Position numbers and translations under genes: made by a program. Of a stretch of 64,000 nucleotides of DNA, positions 17,043 through 26,247 are shown in pieces (positions within the stretch are counted from its first letter, which is position 1; each line of letters starts with the position of its first letter). The notes beneath the pieces were generated by a model that had not been told where the DNA came from, ran no database searches, and saw only the letters and a program-made list of their open reading frames with translations. Source of the stretch: Candidatus Babelota bacterium (lineage in GTDB: Bacteria > Babelota > Babeliae > Babelales > JACPOV01); assembly GCA_016191325.1 (NCBI GenBank), contig JACPOV010000008.1, positions 578,900-642,899 of the forward strand, written 5' to 3'.

Positions 17043-17660
17043 TTATTTTTTACGATATTTCCAAAAGAGGATACAAAACAATACATACATCATCAAACCA
17101 CGAATATCATTTGCAATAATATTGAATGGCAAATCAAGAATAAGCGCACCAAACAGTTCAAAAAGATTAGCGAGCGTGAGCAATGTAATAAATGCAAAAC
17201 TGAAACCCTCGACCGATTTGGTTTGAATAATTTTAATAAGTTGTGGAAATAGATACAAAAATTGAGCCCAGAAACCGAACCACCCAAGAATTGAACCATA
17301 ATAATAGGAATTATACATTACAAACGGAATTGAACTCGCAAAGAGAGAACCCAGAGTTACGATTGCAATAAGAAAGCGTTTTGAGCGTGGCCAATCGTAA
17401 AAAACTCTCTGCGCTAGAACAACAAGAAACAATAAAAAACCAATCGACCCCAATAACTGATACACAAATGGCAAATGACAGCAAAAAATAAAAAAAATGC
17501 CGCAGAGATTCATAATCAGATTACCGATAAGCATCAAATCGCTCAGGCCCTCTGCATTGGCTACGCGATAATTTAATACAATCTGTGGAATCATCGAATA
17601 GAGCATCAAAATCCATGAGATTGTTAGAAATACGGTACCGATCAATGGATAATTAATCAT
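17043..17660 (-). CDS. 7-TM PQ-loop repeat family membrane protein
   Basis: Two PQ-loop motifs, MIPQIVLNYRVANAEGLS and LFPQLIKIIQTKSVEGFS, each at the start of a 3-helix unit. About seven hydrophobic helices in total. Confidence 0.7.
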   Translation of the reverse strand: MINYPLIGTVFLTISWILMLYSMIPQIVLNYRVANAEGLSDLMLIGNLIMNLCGIFFIFCCHLPFVYQLLGSIGFLLFLVVLAQRVFYDWPRSKRFLIAIVTLGSLFASSIPFVMYNSYYYGSILGWFGFWAQFLYLFPQLIKIIQTKSVEGFSFAFITLLTLANLFELFGALILDLPFNIIANDIRGLMMYVLFCILFWKYRKK

Positions 17661-17792
17661 TTTTTTTGCACCCCTTGTCTCTAGATTTATTTACTTGTCC
17701 ACCGTAGGTTACCAGAATAATTAATTTTTTTTATTGATCAATGGAGTCACCTGTTTTATGTTGTATGCAACAAACACACTACAAGGTTAAAA

Positions 17793-18719
17793 ATGTCTCC
17801 AGAACAATTTAGAGAAAAAATAAAAGATTTTATTAGCTATCTAGAAGTTGAACGCAATCTTTCACTGCATACCGTACGCGCGTATCAAACCGATTTGGAA
17901 CGTTTTCTTACCTTTTGGAAAACTATTGAAAAGAATAGTGAGCAAGATATTCCGCTCAACCGAGCATTCGAGCGCTATTGCGTTGCCCTTTATCATGAAC
18001 AAATTGAAAAAAGTTCTATTGCACGAAAAATGTCGTGCATGAAATCGTTTATCGCTTTTTTAAAAACCATCGGAATCACGGTTCATCTTTCTATTACACG
18101 GCCACGACTCGATAAAAAACTGCCGCTCTTTTTGAGCGTTGATGAAATATTTCATGTACTTGATACGATCAAAATTGATGATCTGCCAACGCGCAAACCG
18201 TATCGCGATAAAGCGGTGTTTGAACTTCTTTATGCGACCGGCATTCGATGCTCAGAACTAGTGCATATTAAAATTTCAGACATCGATATTGAACAAAAAA
18301 CGATCAGAATTTACGGAAAAGGAAGAAAAGAGCGCATTGCGCTTTTTGGTCAAAAAGCAAAAGATATAATGCTTTCGTATCTTGCCAATGAACGGCCACA
18401 AGCGACAAGCCAAAGTGATCGTCTTTTTTTAAATAACCGAAACGAACCGCTCACCACTCGCTCGGTGCAGCGCATTATTGAAATGTTTCGTGCATTTTTG
18501 AAAATAAAAAAAGAGATAACGCCGCACAAGCTCCGCCATTCATTTGCGACGCATTTGCTCAATCAAGGCGTTGATTTACGAACGCTGCAAGAACTTCTTG
18601 GGCATAAAACACTCGCGAGCACCGAAAAATATACGCACGTGAGCACTGAGCAGCTGAGTGAAATGTGCGATACGATGCATCCTCTCAACACCATGATCAA
18701 ATCTGATGATAATGATTGA
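17793..18719 (+). CDS. tyrosine recombinase, XerC/XerD family
   Basis: N-terminal core-binding pattern FISYLEVERNLSLHTVRAYQTDLERF. Catalytic residues are present in ATGIRCSEL, HKLRHSFATHLL and LGHKTLASTEKYTH. Confidence 0.9.
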   Translation: MSPEQFREKIKDFISYLEVERNLSLHTVRAYQTDLERFLTFWKTIEKNSEQDIPLNRAFERYCVALYHEQIEKSSIARKMSCMKSFIAFLKTIGITVHLSITRPRLDKKLPLFLSVDEIFHVLDTIKIDDLPTRKPYRDKAVFELLYATGIRCSELVHIKISDIDIEQKTIRIYGKGRKERIALFGQKAKDIMLSYLANERPQATSQSDRLFLNNRNEPLTTRSVQRIIEMFRAFLKIKKEITPHKLRHSFATHLLNQGVDLRTLQELLGHKTLASTEKYTHVSTEQLSEMCDTMHPLNTMIKSDDND

Positions 18720-18732
18720 GGGGAGCTAATCT

Positions 18733-20463
18733 ATGGAATCAATCATCTCATACACCAAAAAAATAAAATATATTGCGATTTTTTATGTAATTGCATGCAT
18801 GATTATTATGCTGCGATTGGTTTATCTACAGGTTTATCTTAATAAAGATCTTCACGATCGAGCACGGCACAATTTTTTGCGCGTCGAAAAAGTATACTCG
18901 CGCCGCGGCAATATTCTTGATTGCAATGGCAAATTATTAGCAACCAATCGGCCCATTACCAATATTTATTGGCACGGATCGGGCAATAGACAATTGACTG
19001 CCGAGCAACAAGCAACGCTGCAAACCGTTGCTGAACTTTTAGGAATTACTATTGAGCAGGTGCAATTGAGTGCGATTAAATATGCGGAACGAACATCAAA
19101 AGATGCAATTCTTTTTTCCAATGCGACTTTTGAGCAATTAGGCAAGATTACGGAACTTTTTCCAACGGACAAAAATATAAACATTACAACAGAATTAAAA
19201 CGCTGTTATCCCTATGGCAGTAAAGCAAGCCACGTTATCGGCTATATTAGCAGCATGAACTCAGAAAGCGCGGGAAAAATGGGAATCGAAAAAATGTTTG
19301 AGCCGATGCTGCGCGGCCAAGAAGGCACCGTATTGAAAATGATCAACTCGGTTGGCACCAATTTATATGCTGAAGAACTTTCAAAAGCGCTCGCGGGCCA
19401 AGATATTGCGACAACGCTCGATTTAACGTTGCAAGATATTGCCGAAGAATCGTTCCCGATGGAAAATGCCGGATGCCTTTTGATTATGGATCCGGAGGAT
19501 GGAGCGTTAAAAGCGATTGTTTCTCGCCCTGCATTTGATCCTGCCCTTTTTCTTGATCCAATTCCGCTGAGTGAATGGCAGCTCTTGCAAGAGAAAAAGC
19601 CATTTCTAAATCGAACCGTCTGCTGCTATCCGCCAGCATCCCCCTTCAAACTTGTTACGCTGAGTGCCGCACTGGAAAATAAACTTATTAATCCTGAAAT
19701 GGTTACCTATTGCAAAGGATTTACCCGATTTCGCGGGCGCAAATATCACTGCGCAAATAGAGATGGCCACGGCGCACTTTCGGTTCATGAAGCGGTAGCT
19801 AAATCATGCAATATTCTTTTTTTTGAAATCGCAAAAAAAATATCGATCGATACGCTCGCCGATTATGCACATCGTTTTGGTTTAGGCGAAAAAACAAATA
19901 TTTTGCTTCCAGAAAATACAGGCCTCGTGCCCACAAGCGAATGGAAACGGCGTGTTAAGCGCGAACCGTGGTGGCCCGGAGAAAATTTATCCGCTGTTAT
20001 CGGGCAAAGTTATTATTTGGTAACGCCTCTGCAAACAGCGCGCATGATCGCAAGTATTTTCACCGGTTATTTGGTGAATCCCCGCATTATTGAAACTGAG
20101 CCGATAATAAAAAAACCACTTGCAATTAAAGCTGAAACGCGTCAATTTTTAAAAAAGACGATGGAGGCAGTAGTAACTATAGGAACAGCGCAGCGCACTA
20201 ATAAGATCAATAACGTGAAAGTGTATGCAAAAACAGGAACGGCGCAAATCTTCTCTATGGAAACGCAAGAAAGTGGCGAACTTGAACCGCTTTATCATGC
20301 ATGGTTTGCCGGCCGCTTTAGATATAAAAAAGAAAAACCGCTCGTAATGGTACTGCTTGTTGAAAATGTAAGTTCTTCAAAAGAAGCGCCAAAAGTAGCT
20401 AAAAAATTCTTTGTAAATTATCGCAATATGATGGCAGAAAAAGAATGCGCTGCAACTGCTTAA
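18733..20463 (+). CDS. penicillin-binding protein 2 family transpeptidase
   Basis: N-terminal TM anchor and PBP dimerisation pattern RGNILDCNGKLLATN. Active-site motifs are SPFK (SxxK), an SxN-type motif and KTGTA. Confidence 0.85.
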   Translation: MESIISYTKKIKYIAIFYVIACMIIMLRLVYLQVYLNKDLHDRARHNFLRVEKVYSRRGNILDCNGKLLATNRPITNIYWHGSGNRQLTAEQQATLQTVAELLGITIEQVQLSAIKYAERTSKDAILFSNATFEQLGKITELFPTDKNINITTELKRCYPYGSKASHVIGYISSMNSESAGKMGIEKMFEPMLRGQEGTVLKMINSVGTNLYAEELSKALAGQDIATTLDLTLQDIAEESFPMENAGCLLIMDPEDGALKAIVSRPAFDPALFLDPIPLSEWQLLQEKKPFLNRTVCCYPPASPFKLVTLSAALENKLINPEMVTYCKGFTRFRGRKYHCANRDGHGALSVHEAVAKSCNILFFEIAKKISIDTLADYAHRFGLGEKTNILLPENTGLVPTSEWKRRVKREPWWPGENLSAVIGQSYYLVTPLQTARMIASIFTGYLVNPRIIETEPIIKKPLAIKAETRQFLKKTMEAVVTIGTAQRTNKINNVKVYAKTGTAQIFSMETQESGELEPLYHAWFAGRFRYKKEKPLVMVLLVENVSSSKEAPKVAKKFFVNYRNMMAEKECAATA

Positions 20464-20502
20464 ACTCTATAAGATATCGCAAAGCTAACTGTATAACATC
20501 TC

Positions 20503-20805
20503 CTACTTTCCAAAAACTTTTTTATACCAATAGGCTCTTTTATTATCAAAAAACCACCGCTTATTATCTTCGGTCAAAAATCTCTTTAATTGCGCCATAT
20601 CAACTTTATATCTTCGAAATAAAGCTATAATGTCCCGCAATTCTAAATCTTCTAATCTATCAGAAATTAAATCGAGATAGAGTTCATCTCGCGCTCCCTC
20701 AAAACTTTGGATGCATTTAATTTTTTTGATCCATTCAAAAAAAGCATCTTCATCATGCATAGAACCAAACTTAACGCCTTTGCAAACCAAATAATTATTG
20801 TCCAT
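20503..20805 (-). CDS. small hypothetical protein, tandem paralog 1
   Basis: 100 aa. The shared motif DEDAFFEWIKKIKCIQSFEG...LELRDIIALFRRYKVDMAQLKRF aligns with the neighbour 20893-21153. Confidence 0.5.
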   Translation of the reverse strand: MDNNYLVCKGVKFGSMHDEDAFFEWIKKIKCIQSFEGARDELYLDLISDRLEDLELRDIIALFRRYKVDMAQLKRFLTEDNKRWFFDNKRAYWYKKVFGK

Positions 20806-20892
20806 TTTCTAATTTCCGATCACTTTTAGCTTCTGACAAGTAAATGGCAAAAAATCAAATGCTGATTTAATTACGTACGCAGAATCTTACTA

Positions 20893-21153
20893 TTAGAACC
20901 AATCTTTGTTGTTCTCGTTTTTAAATACTACTAATTGCTTTTCATCAAATTTATAGCGGTTAAAAATGCCGAATAACTCTATTAATTCACTATCTTCGAT
21001 TTTGTTAGATATAATATGAACGTGGAGAGCATTTCCCACCCCTTTATAATCTTCTATGCAATTTATTTTTTTTAACCAATTAAAAAACAAATCTTCATCA
21101 TTAGTTGTATAAAAACGTAATGGTGAACAAACTAAAGTGATTTTTTTTGTCAT
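20893..21153 (-). CDS. small hypothetical protein, tandem paralog 2
   Basis: 86 aa. DEDLFFNWLKKINCIEDYKG...SELIELFGIFNRYKFDEKQLVVF aligns with 20503-20805. Confidence 0.5.
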   Translation of the reverse strand: MTKKITLVCSPLRFYTTNDEDLFFNWLKKINCIEDYKGVGNALHVHIISNKIEDSELIELFGIFNRYKFDEKQLVVFKNENNKDWF

Positions 21154-21330
21154 AATAATTCCTCGCTATTTTCCAACCCTTATTTTTTCCACCAGGATAA
21201 ACACTATCGTATCCTTTCCCATCAGGAAATTGAACGTCCCAATGTGGGCCTCCATGAGCCTCTAACCCAGGGCAAGGTGGAACTGTAATGGCAAAAAAAG
21301 AAATGCCGCATCATCTGCGGGATAATTCAT
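21154..21330 (-). pseudogene. frameshifted/startless coding fragment (HGGPHWDVQFPDG motif)
   Basis: ATG at 21330 opens MNYPADDAAFLFL and stops after 22 codons. After the A7/T7 run (21293-21299) an adjacent frame reads AITVPPCPGLEAHGGPHWDVQFPDGKGYDSVYPGGKNKGWK without its own start codon. Confidence 0.3.
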
Positions 21331-21368
21331 TTTCAGATTTAGTTGACCACCATTTTTTTGAGATGTTA

Positions 21369-21626
21369 TCAACGCCCTTCTTGTTCTTTTTCATATCGCT
21401 TTTTTAATTCCTGAAAAATACCTATCGCATTTGGCAATTCGATCATGTTGCCGTTTATATAAATTGCTGCATAGGTTTTTTTGGTCGCTTTAGCTTGAAT
21501 TGCAACATTACCATCGTAGCTATAGAATTCACACTTTTCATTTCCCCCCTTAGAAACTTTGCGCTCCATTGCTTCAAGGTTGGGCAAAAAATCAAAACAG
21601 CTCATTACAATTAACAATTTATACAT
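21369..21626 (-). CDS. small hypothetical protein
   Basis: 85-aa ORF heading the small-gene cluster. No recognisable family. Confidence 0.4.
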   Translation of the reverse strand: MYKLLIVMSCFDFLPNLEAMERKVSKGGNEKCEFYSYDGNVAIQAKATKKTYAAIYINGNMIELPNAIGIFQELKKRYEKEQEGR

Positions 21627-21687
21627 AGGAACTCCAGTGTTTCGATCGAAAACATGAAACCGCTCTTAGCATAATTATTTCATAGAA

Positions 21688-21726
21688 CAAAAAAAAGAGC
21701 AGCGGAATTTAATCCACTGCTCTTAA
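21688..21726 (-). terminator. intrinsic terminator after rpsT
   Basis: The minus strand reads aagagcagtgg-attaaatt-ccgctgctctt followed by tttttttt, directly downstream of the S20 stop. Confidence 0.6.
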
Positions 21727-21750
21727 AAATTTTTAGCAATCAGCGCAAAT

Positions 21751-22020
21751 TTATTTACTTGCTGCTGCTACTCGTTTTGCCAAACGGCCGATTTTGCGAG
21801 ATGCCGCTTTCTTATGAAGCGTACCTTTGCCTTTTGCGCGAGCTAATTTTGCTTCGATATCACGCATAAGTTCTTGCGTTACTTTGATATCTTCGCCTTG
21901 CTCGATTGCAAGAAGAACTTTTTTTGCAGCACTCTTAATTGCTGTTTTGCGAGCGAGATTTACATCACGACGCTTAATATTTTGACGCGATTGTTTTTTA
22001 GCAGATTTCGTATTGGCCAT
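21751..22020 (-). CDS. rpsT: 30S ribosomal protein S20
   Basis: MANTKSAKKQSRQNIKRRDVNLARKTAIKSAAKK is the classic S20 N-terminus. 89 aa. Confidence 0.9.
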   Translation of the reverse strand: MANTKSAKKQSRQNIKRRDVNLARKTAIKSAAKKVLLAIEQGEDIKVTQELMRDIEAKLARAKGKGTLHKKAASRKIGRLAKRVAAASK

Positions 22021-22121
22021 CGTTAAACCTTATGTTTTTCCTACAATCTTGCCTGTATGCAAAGATTGTTCTTTCTTTTGGGGCCCCAAGACCCGCCGCG
22101 AAGCGGTGTGAATTGGGGATT

Positions 22122-22325
22122 TTATACAACTTTCTCGACTTTACCAGCCTTGATACACTTAGTGCACACAGCTCCACGCATTACTTTCTTTTGCGCTTGG
22201 CCAACAATACTGAAACGCATTTTGTGTACGTTTGGGTACACCCAGCGCTTTGTACGGTTATTTGCGTGACTCACTAAGTTTCCACTTTGAGGACGTTTAT
22301 CACAGAGGCAACAGATTCTTGACAT
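22122..22325 (-). CDS. rpmB: 50S ribosomal protein L28
   Basis: MSRICCLCDKRPQSGNLVSHANNRTKRWVYPNVH matches the L28 signature. The start is taken at the internal ATG 22325 rather than the track's 22337. Confidence 0.9.
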   Translation of the reverse strand: MSRICCLCDKRPQSGNLVSHANNRTKRWVYPNVHKMRFSIVGQAQKKVMRGAVCTKCIKAGKVEKVV

Positions 22326-22398
22326 AATACCAAACATCCTTTCACGAACGTCATTAAATCGTATTCTTCTTTACAATGTACTATAAAATCGTTTTTTT

Positions 22399-23280
22399 TC
22401 AATCTTCCTGAGCAAGATAAAGCATCAATTGCCGATAAATTTCAGTATTGCCGGCAAGATAGGATCGATAATCGGCCGTAGGAACCGTCCCGTGGTAGGT
22501 TGTTACCGTGCCGCCCGCTTCCTGAATAAGGAGCATGCCGGCCGCAATATCCCACCAGCCAAGCTCCTGAAAGAATAATCCATCAGCACGGCCGCAAGCC
22601 ACGTACGCTTGTTCAAGCGCAATAGCTCCCAAGTGCCGGTATGCAAAAATTTTGGGTGCCAGTGCGTCTGCGGTTTTCAAGGTATCGGAATGTGCCTTGC
22701 CTTTGGTATAAGGAAGCCCGAAAAAAACCATCGCTTTATCGAGCGTTTGTACCCTGCTAACCGCCACCGGCTTTCCATTGAGGGTGGTTGGCTTGCCCTG
22801 CTGCGCCACAAAAAGCTCATCGCGCAACGGATCATAAACAATCCCAAGGATTGGATGCCCTTGAGAAGTCAAAGCAACTGAGACACAAAAATAAGGAATT
22901 TGGCGTGCAAAATTGGTAGTCCCATCAAGTGGATCGATCACCCAACAAAGTTCATTATTACCACTTTTTCCCCCAGGGCTAAAGCCCTCTTCTTTATCCC
23001 CAAAAAACGCCGGGCTTGAATCATTCACAGAATGAGAGAATTGTTTTTCGGGGGCCCCAGGGCTAAAGCCCTCTTCTTCTGCAAGCCATGATGCTCGCGG
23101 AAGAATCTTTTCCAAAGCAGCAATAAGAAACTTTTCAGATGCCATATCGGCATTCGTTGCAAATCCGGCTTGATCTTTATCATGAATTTCAAGTTTTTTG
23201 CCGTAAAACGTGAGCAATAGTTGCCCCGCTTGCTTTACTGCGGCTCTAGTTTCATCTATTACTCTTTGAGCAATCTCCAT
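22399..23280 (-). CDS. suhB: inositol monophosphatase family protein (SuhB-like) with in-frame insertion
   Basis: Metal-binding EEEG and WVIDPLDGTTNF motifs, plus the C-terminal WDIAAG motif. It carries an extra 28 codons between the EE and DPxDGT motifs. Confidence 0.85.
   Translation of the reverse strand: MEIAQRVIDETRAAVKQAGQLLLTFYGKKLEIHDKDQAGFATNADMASEKFLIAALEKILPRASWLAEEEGFSPGAPEKQFSHSVNDSSPAFFGDKEEGFSPGGKSGNNELCWVIDPLDGTTNFARQIPYFCVSVALTSQGHPILGIVYDPLRDELFVAQQGKPTTLNGKPVAVSRVQTLDKAMVFFGLPYTKGKAHSDTLKTADALAPKIFAYRHLGAIALEQAYVACGRADGLFFQELGWWDIAAGMLLIQEAGGTVTTYHGTVPTADYRSYLAGNTEIYRQLMLYLAQED
22971..23078. repeat. 24-nt direct repeat pair (84-nt period) inside the IMPase CDS
   Basis: ccccagggctaaagccctcttctt occurs identically at 22971-22994 and 23055-23078. 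Each copy contains the palindrome agggct-aa-agccct and encodes EEGFSPG on the minus strand. Confidence 0.85.
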
Positions 23281-23300
23281 CTACTCTCTCACTTTTTCTT

Positions 23301-23537
23301 GTGCGCCATCCCTCGATACAATTTTTAACTCCGTTAAAAATCACTCGGGACGAGCGCGAGATTAGTTTTTTATATTTCTTGGATTTAAAATAAAATTTCT
23401 CAAATAGCCCTCGCGATTCCTTTTATACGATGCCAGCACTCGCAAAAATCATTACAAAAAAATTGCAATCCAGCGCTCGTCCCGAGTGTTTTGCGAAACT
23501 ATAAAAATAGTGAGCAAAATGTATCGAGGGATAGCGG
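23301..23537. repeat. long palindromic MITE-like element (family C, copy 2)
   Basis: The left arm gtgcgccatccctcgatacaattt...aaaatcactcgggacgagcgc (23301-23360) is inverted relative to the right arm gcgctcgtcccgagtgtttt...aaaatgtatcgagggatagcgg (23471-23537), around an AT-rich core of about 110 bp. Confidence 0.7.
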
Positions 23538-23552
23538 ACATAGTTACAATTT

Positions 23553-23590
23553 CGGGGTCCCCGCACAGTGGCCAAAGGCCAGGTATGGGG
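23553..23590. repeat. family B GC-rich hairpin repeat (copy B2, inverted)
   Basis: The reverse complement ccccatacctggcctttggccactgtgcggggaccccg aligns with 36221-36260. It abuts the ftsH stop codon. Confidence 0.55.
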
Positions 23591-23592
23591 CC

Positions 23593-26247
23593 TCAGCTTT
23601 CCTGGCCCGTTAAGCGGAAATTGCTGCGCGGATCGATCCCAAGAAGCTCATACACTTCATCAGCATAAAGAACCTCTTTTTCAAGAAGCGCAATCGCCAA
23701 TTTATCAAGTTTTTCTCGGTGATTTTGCAGCAGTTCTTTAACCGCTACCATCGAAGTGCTCAGAATTTTTTCAACAAGCTCATCAATGCGCTCTGCAGTT
23801 TTTTCAGAATAACGATATTCGCGATTTTGATCGTAGACCACTGGGCCCATTTCGTCGGTCATACCGCCGCATACCATTCTGCGAACGAGAGAAGTTGCCT
23901 TTCTGAAATCATCCCCAGCGCCGGGAGTCATCACACCACACGCAAGCAATTCGGCAGCGCGCCCACCAAGCGCAACATACACGAACGCCATAAATCTATC
24001 TTTTGTCTCAAGCATTACATCCCGCTCAGGCAAGAAGTGAGTCACACCCAATGCGCCGCCGCGTGGAACGATCGTTACTTTATCAAGTGGATCGCCATGC
24101 TCCGGCATCAGAATGCGTACCAATGCATGCCCCGCTTCATGAAATGCGGTAATTTTTTTCTCTTGATCGCTCATTACGCGAGATTCCATTTTTTGGCCAA
24201 GCGTTACATGATCACGCGCTGCTTCAAAGTCGTGCATTGTTACAACGCTTTCATCCGCTCGTTTTGCCGCCATTAATGCAGCTTCATTGACTAAATTTGC
24301 CAGATCGGCGCCAGAAAATCCTGTAGTGCTTCGCGCAATACGAGATGCATCAATGGTGCCGTCAGTTTTAACGCGCGCAAGATGAACTTTAAGAATCTCT
24401 TCACGGCTTTTGAGCGTCGGATACGGAACGTGAATTTGTTTATCGAATCTTCCTGGGCGAACGAGAGCTGGATCGAGAACATCGGAACGGTTTGTTGCCG
24501 CAATAAGAATAACCGAAGAATCGATCGTATTGAATCCATCAAGTTCTGTAAGCAATTGATTTAACGTTTGATTTCGTTCTTCGCTACCGCCGCTGCCATT
24601 ATCGCTTCGGCGTGAACCGATCGAATCAAGCTCATCAATAAAAATGATGCTTGGCATATGTTTTCGAGCCTGCGTAAAAAGATCACGCACACGAGATGCA
24701 CCAACGCCAACATACATTTCTACAAAATCAGAAGCGCTGACGCTAAAGAATGGACAATTTGCTTCCCCTGCTACCGCTTTAGCAAGCAACGTTTTGCCAT
24801 TACCTGGATCGCCTACTAAAAGCACACCTCGCGGAATGCGGGCGCCAAGGCGACGATATTTTTCACCATTGCGCAGAAAATCTACAACGTCTTTCAATTC
24901 TTGTTTTGCTTCTGGCATACCTGCAACATCTGCAAAAGTAACCTTGATCTGCGAAGGAACAAACATTTTTACGTTGCCGCTTCCCTTGCTCATCGGATTA
25001 ACTGATGCGTTGCCGCCAGTTTTTTTCTCATGGACTATTTTTTTGTGAGCAGCTTTTAAATCGGCCATACCCACTTCAACTTTGCCCTCTTTTGAAGCTT
25101 GCAATGCTGCTTTATTGATGAGATCTCCCAAATCTGCGCCAGAAAACCCGGCCGTTTCGCGTGCAAGATCTTTTAAATCAACATCGGAACCCATTTTTAC
25201 TTTTTGTGAGTGAATCGCTAAAATTTGTTCGCGTGCCGTTTCATCTGGATAATCGACTGTTACCATGCGGTCAAAACGACCAGGTCGCAAGAGCGCTTTA
25301 TCCAAAACCTCAGGCATATTCGTAGCCGCGACAACGATAACGGCAGAATTATATGATTCAAAGCCATCCATCTCAATCAGAAGTTGATTAAGCGTTTGTT
25401 CACGTTCATCATGCCCACCACCAAATCCGCTTCCGCGTTGGCGCCCAATTGCGTCGATTTCATCAATAAAAACAATCGCTGGCGAATGACGGCGTACACG
25501 CTCAAAAAGATCGCGAACGCGCGCAGCGCCTACGCCCACAAATACTTCAATAAAATCGGAACCGGAAACGCTAAAGAATGGGCAATGCGCTTCGCCTGCC
25601 ATCGCTTTTGCAAGAAGTGTTTTACCATTACCTGGGTCGCCCACTAAAAGTACGCCACGAGGAATGCGTGCCCCAAGACGGCGATATTTTTCTGGGTTTT
25701 TAAGAAAATCTACAACGTCTTTCAGCGCCTCTTTGGCATCGGTAGCGCCCGCAACTGCGGAAAAGTTTTCATTGATCATAGAAGGGGTAAACATTTTTGC
25801 TTTACTTTTACCCATAGAAAAAATGCCGCCGCTACTATTATTTGAGCCGCGTGCTTGGCGCATGAAATACCATGCTGCAAGCGGTACTATCAATAACATG
25901 GCGATCCACATCATGTACCACATATTGTACGGATTGGAGTTTGCAGCTACGGAAAATTCTACATTGTGGTTTTTGAGCACATCCCAATTATTAGTATTTT
26001 CAGGAACGGTTACTTCAAAACGAGAGCCATCGTTCATGACGCCAAAAACATCTTGGCCAGAAACATGAACCGCTTTAACGTTTCCTTCTTCCACTGCTTT
26101 TAAATAGTTTGAATAACTAATTCCTTTAACCTGACGCGTATAATCGGTCAGCTTTGTCAGCAATCCCAAACAGGCAACAAATAATATAACAATAAAGACA
26201 AGATTTCGAGGCCCTTTGGATAATTGATTGAATCGCATTTTTTTCAT
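23593..26247 (-). CDS. ftsH: FtsH-family membrane protease with two tandem AAA+ modules and one M41 peptidase domain
   Basis: TM / FtsH-ext / TM N-terminus. There are two Walker A sites (GDPGNGKT x2), two Walker B sites ([16 protein letters not shown]), two ATN...RPGRFD SRH regions, then a single HEAGHAL. The track ORF extends to 26391, but ATG 26247 (MKKMRFNQ) is the likelier start. Confidence 0.9.
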   Translation of the reverse strand: MKKMRFNQLSKGPRNLVFIVILFVACLGLLTKLTDYTRQVKGISYSNYLKAVEEGNVKAVHVSGQDVFGVMNDGSRFEVTVPENTNNWDVLKNHNVEFSVAANSNPYNMWYMMWIAMLLIVPLAAWYFMRQARGSNNSSGGIFSMGKSKAKMFTPSMINENFSAVAGATDAKEALKDVVDFLKNPEKYRRLGARIPRGVLLVGDPGNGKTLLAKAMAGEAHCPFFSVSGSDFIEVFVGVGAARVRDLFERVRRHSPAIVFIDEIDAIGRQRGSGFGGGHDEREQTLNQLLIEMDGFESYNSAVIVVAATNMPEVLDKALLRPGRFDRMVTVDYPDETAREQILAIHSQKVKMGSDVDLKDLARETAGFSGADLGDLINKAALQASKEGKVEVGMADLKAAHKKIVHEKKTGGNASVNPMSKGSGNVKMFVPSQIKVTFADVAGMPEAKQELKDVVDFLRNGEKYRRLGARIPRGVLLVGDPGNGKTLLAKAVAGEANCPFFSVSASDFVEMYVGVGASRVRDLFTQARKHMPSIIFIDELDSIGSRRSDNGSGGSEERNQTLNQLLTELDGFNTIDSSVILIAATNRSDVLDPALVRPGRFDKQIHVPYPTLKSREEILKVHLARVKTDGTIDASRIARSTTGFSGADLANLVNEAALMAAKRADESVVTMHDFEAARDHVTLGQKMESRVMSDQEKKITAFHEAGHALVRILMPEHGDPLDKVTIVPRGGALGVTHFLPERDVMLETKDRFMAFVYVALGGRAAELLACGVMTPGAGDDFRKATSLVRRMVCGGMTDEMGPVVYDQNREYRYSEKTAERIDELVEKILSTSMVAVKELLQNHREKLDKLAIALLEKEVLYADEVYELLGIDPRSNFRLTGQES

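Noticed and set aside
17793-18719. Tyrosine recombinase as a possible marker of an integrated mobile element or genomic island
   Set aside because: The N-terminal core-binding domain and catalytic motifs fit chromosomal XerC/XerD. No flanking direct repeats, no adjacent tRNA and no phage or conjugation genes are present. The neighbours are a PQ-loop membrane protein and PBP2.
24644-26068. Two plus-strand 134-aa ORFs (24644-25048 and 25664-26068) with near-identical starts (...[10 protein letters not shown]...)
   Set aside because: Both are antisense to ftsH. Their similarity simply mirrors the internal AAA+ duplication. They are useful as evidence for the duplication but are not genes.
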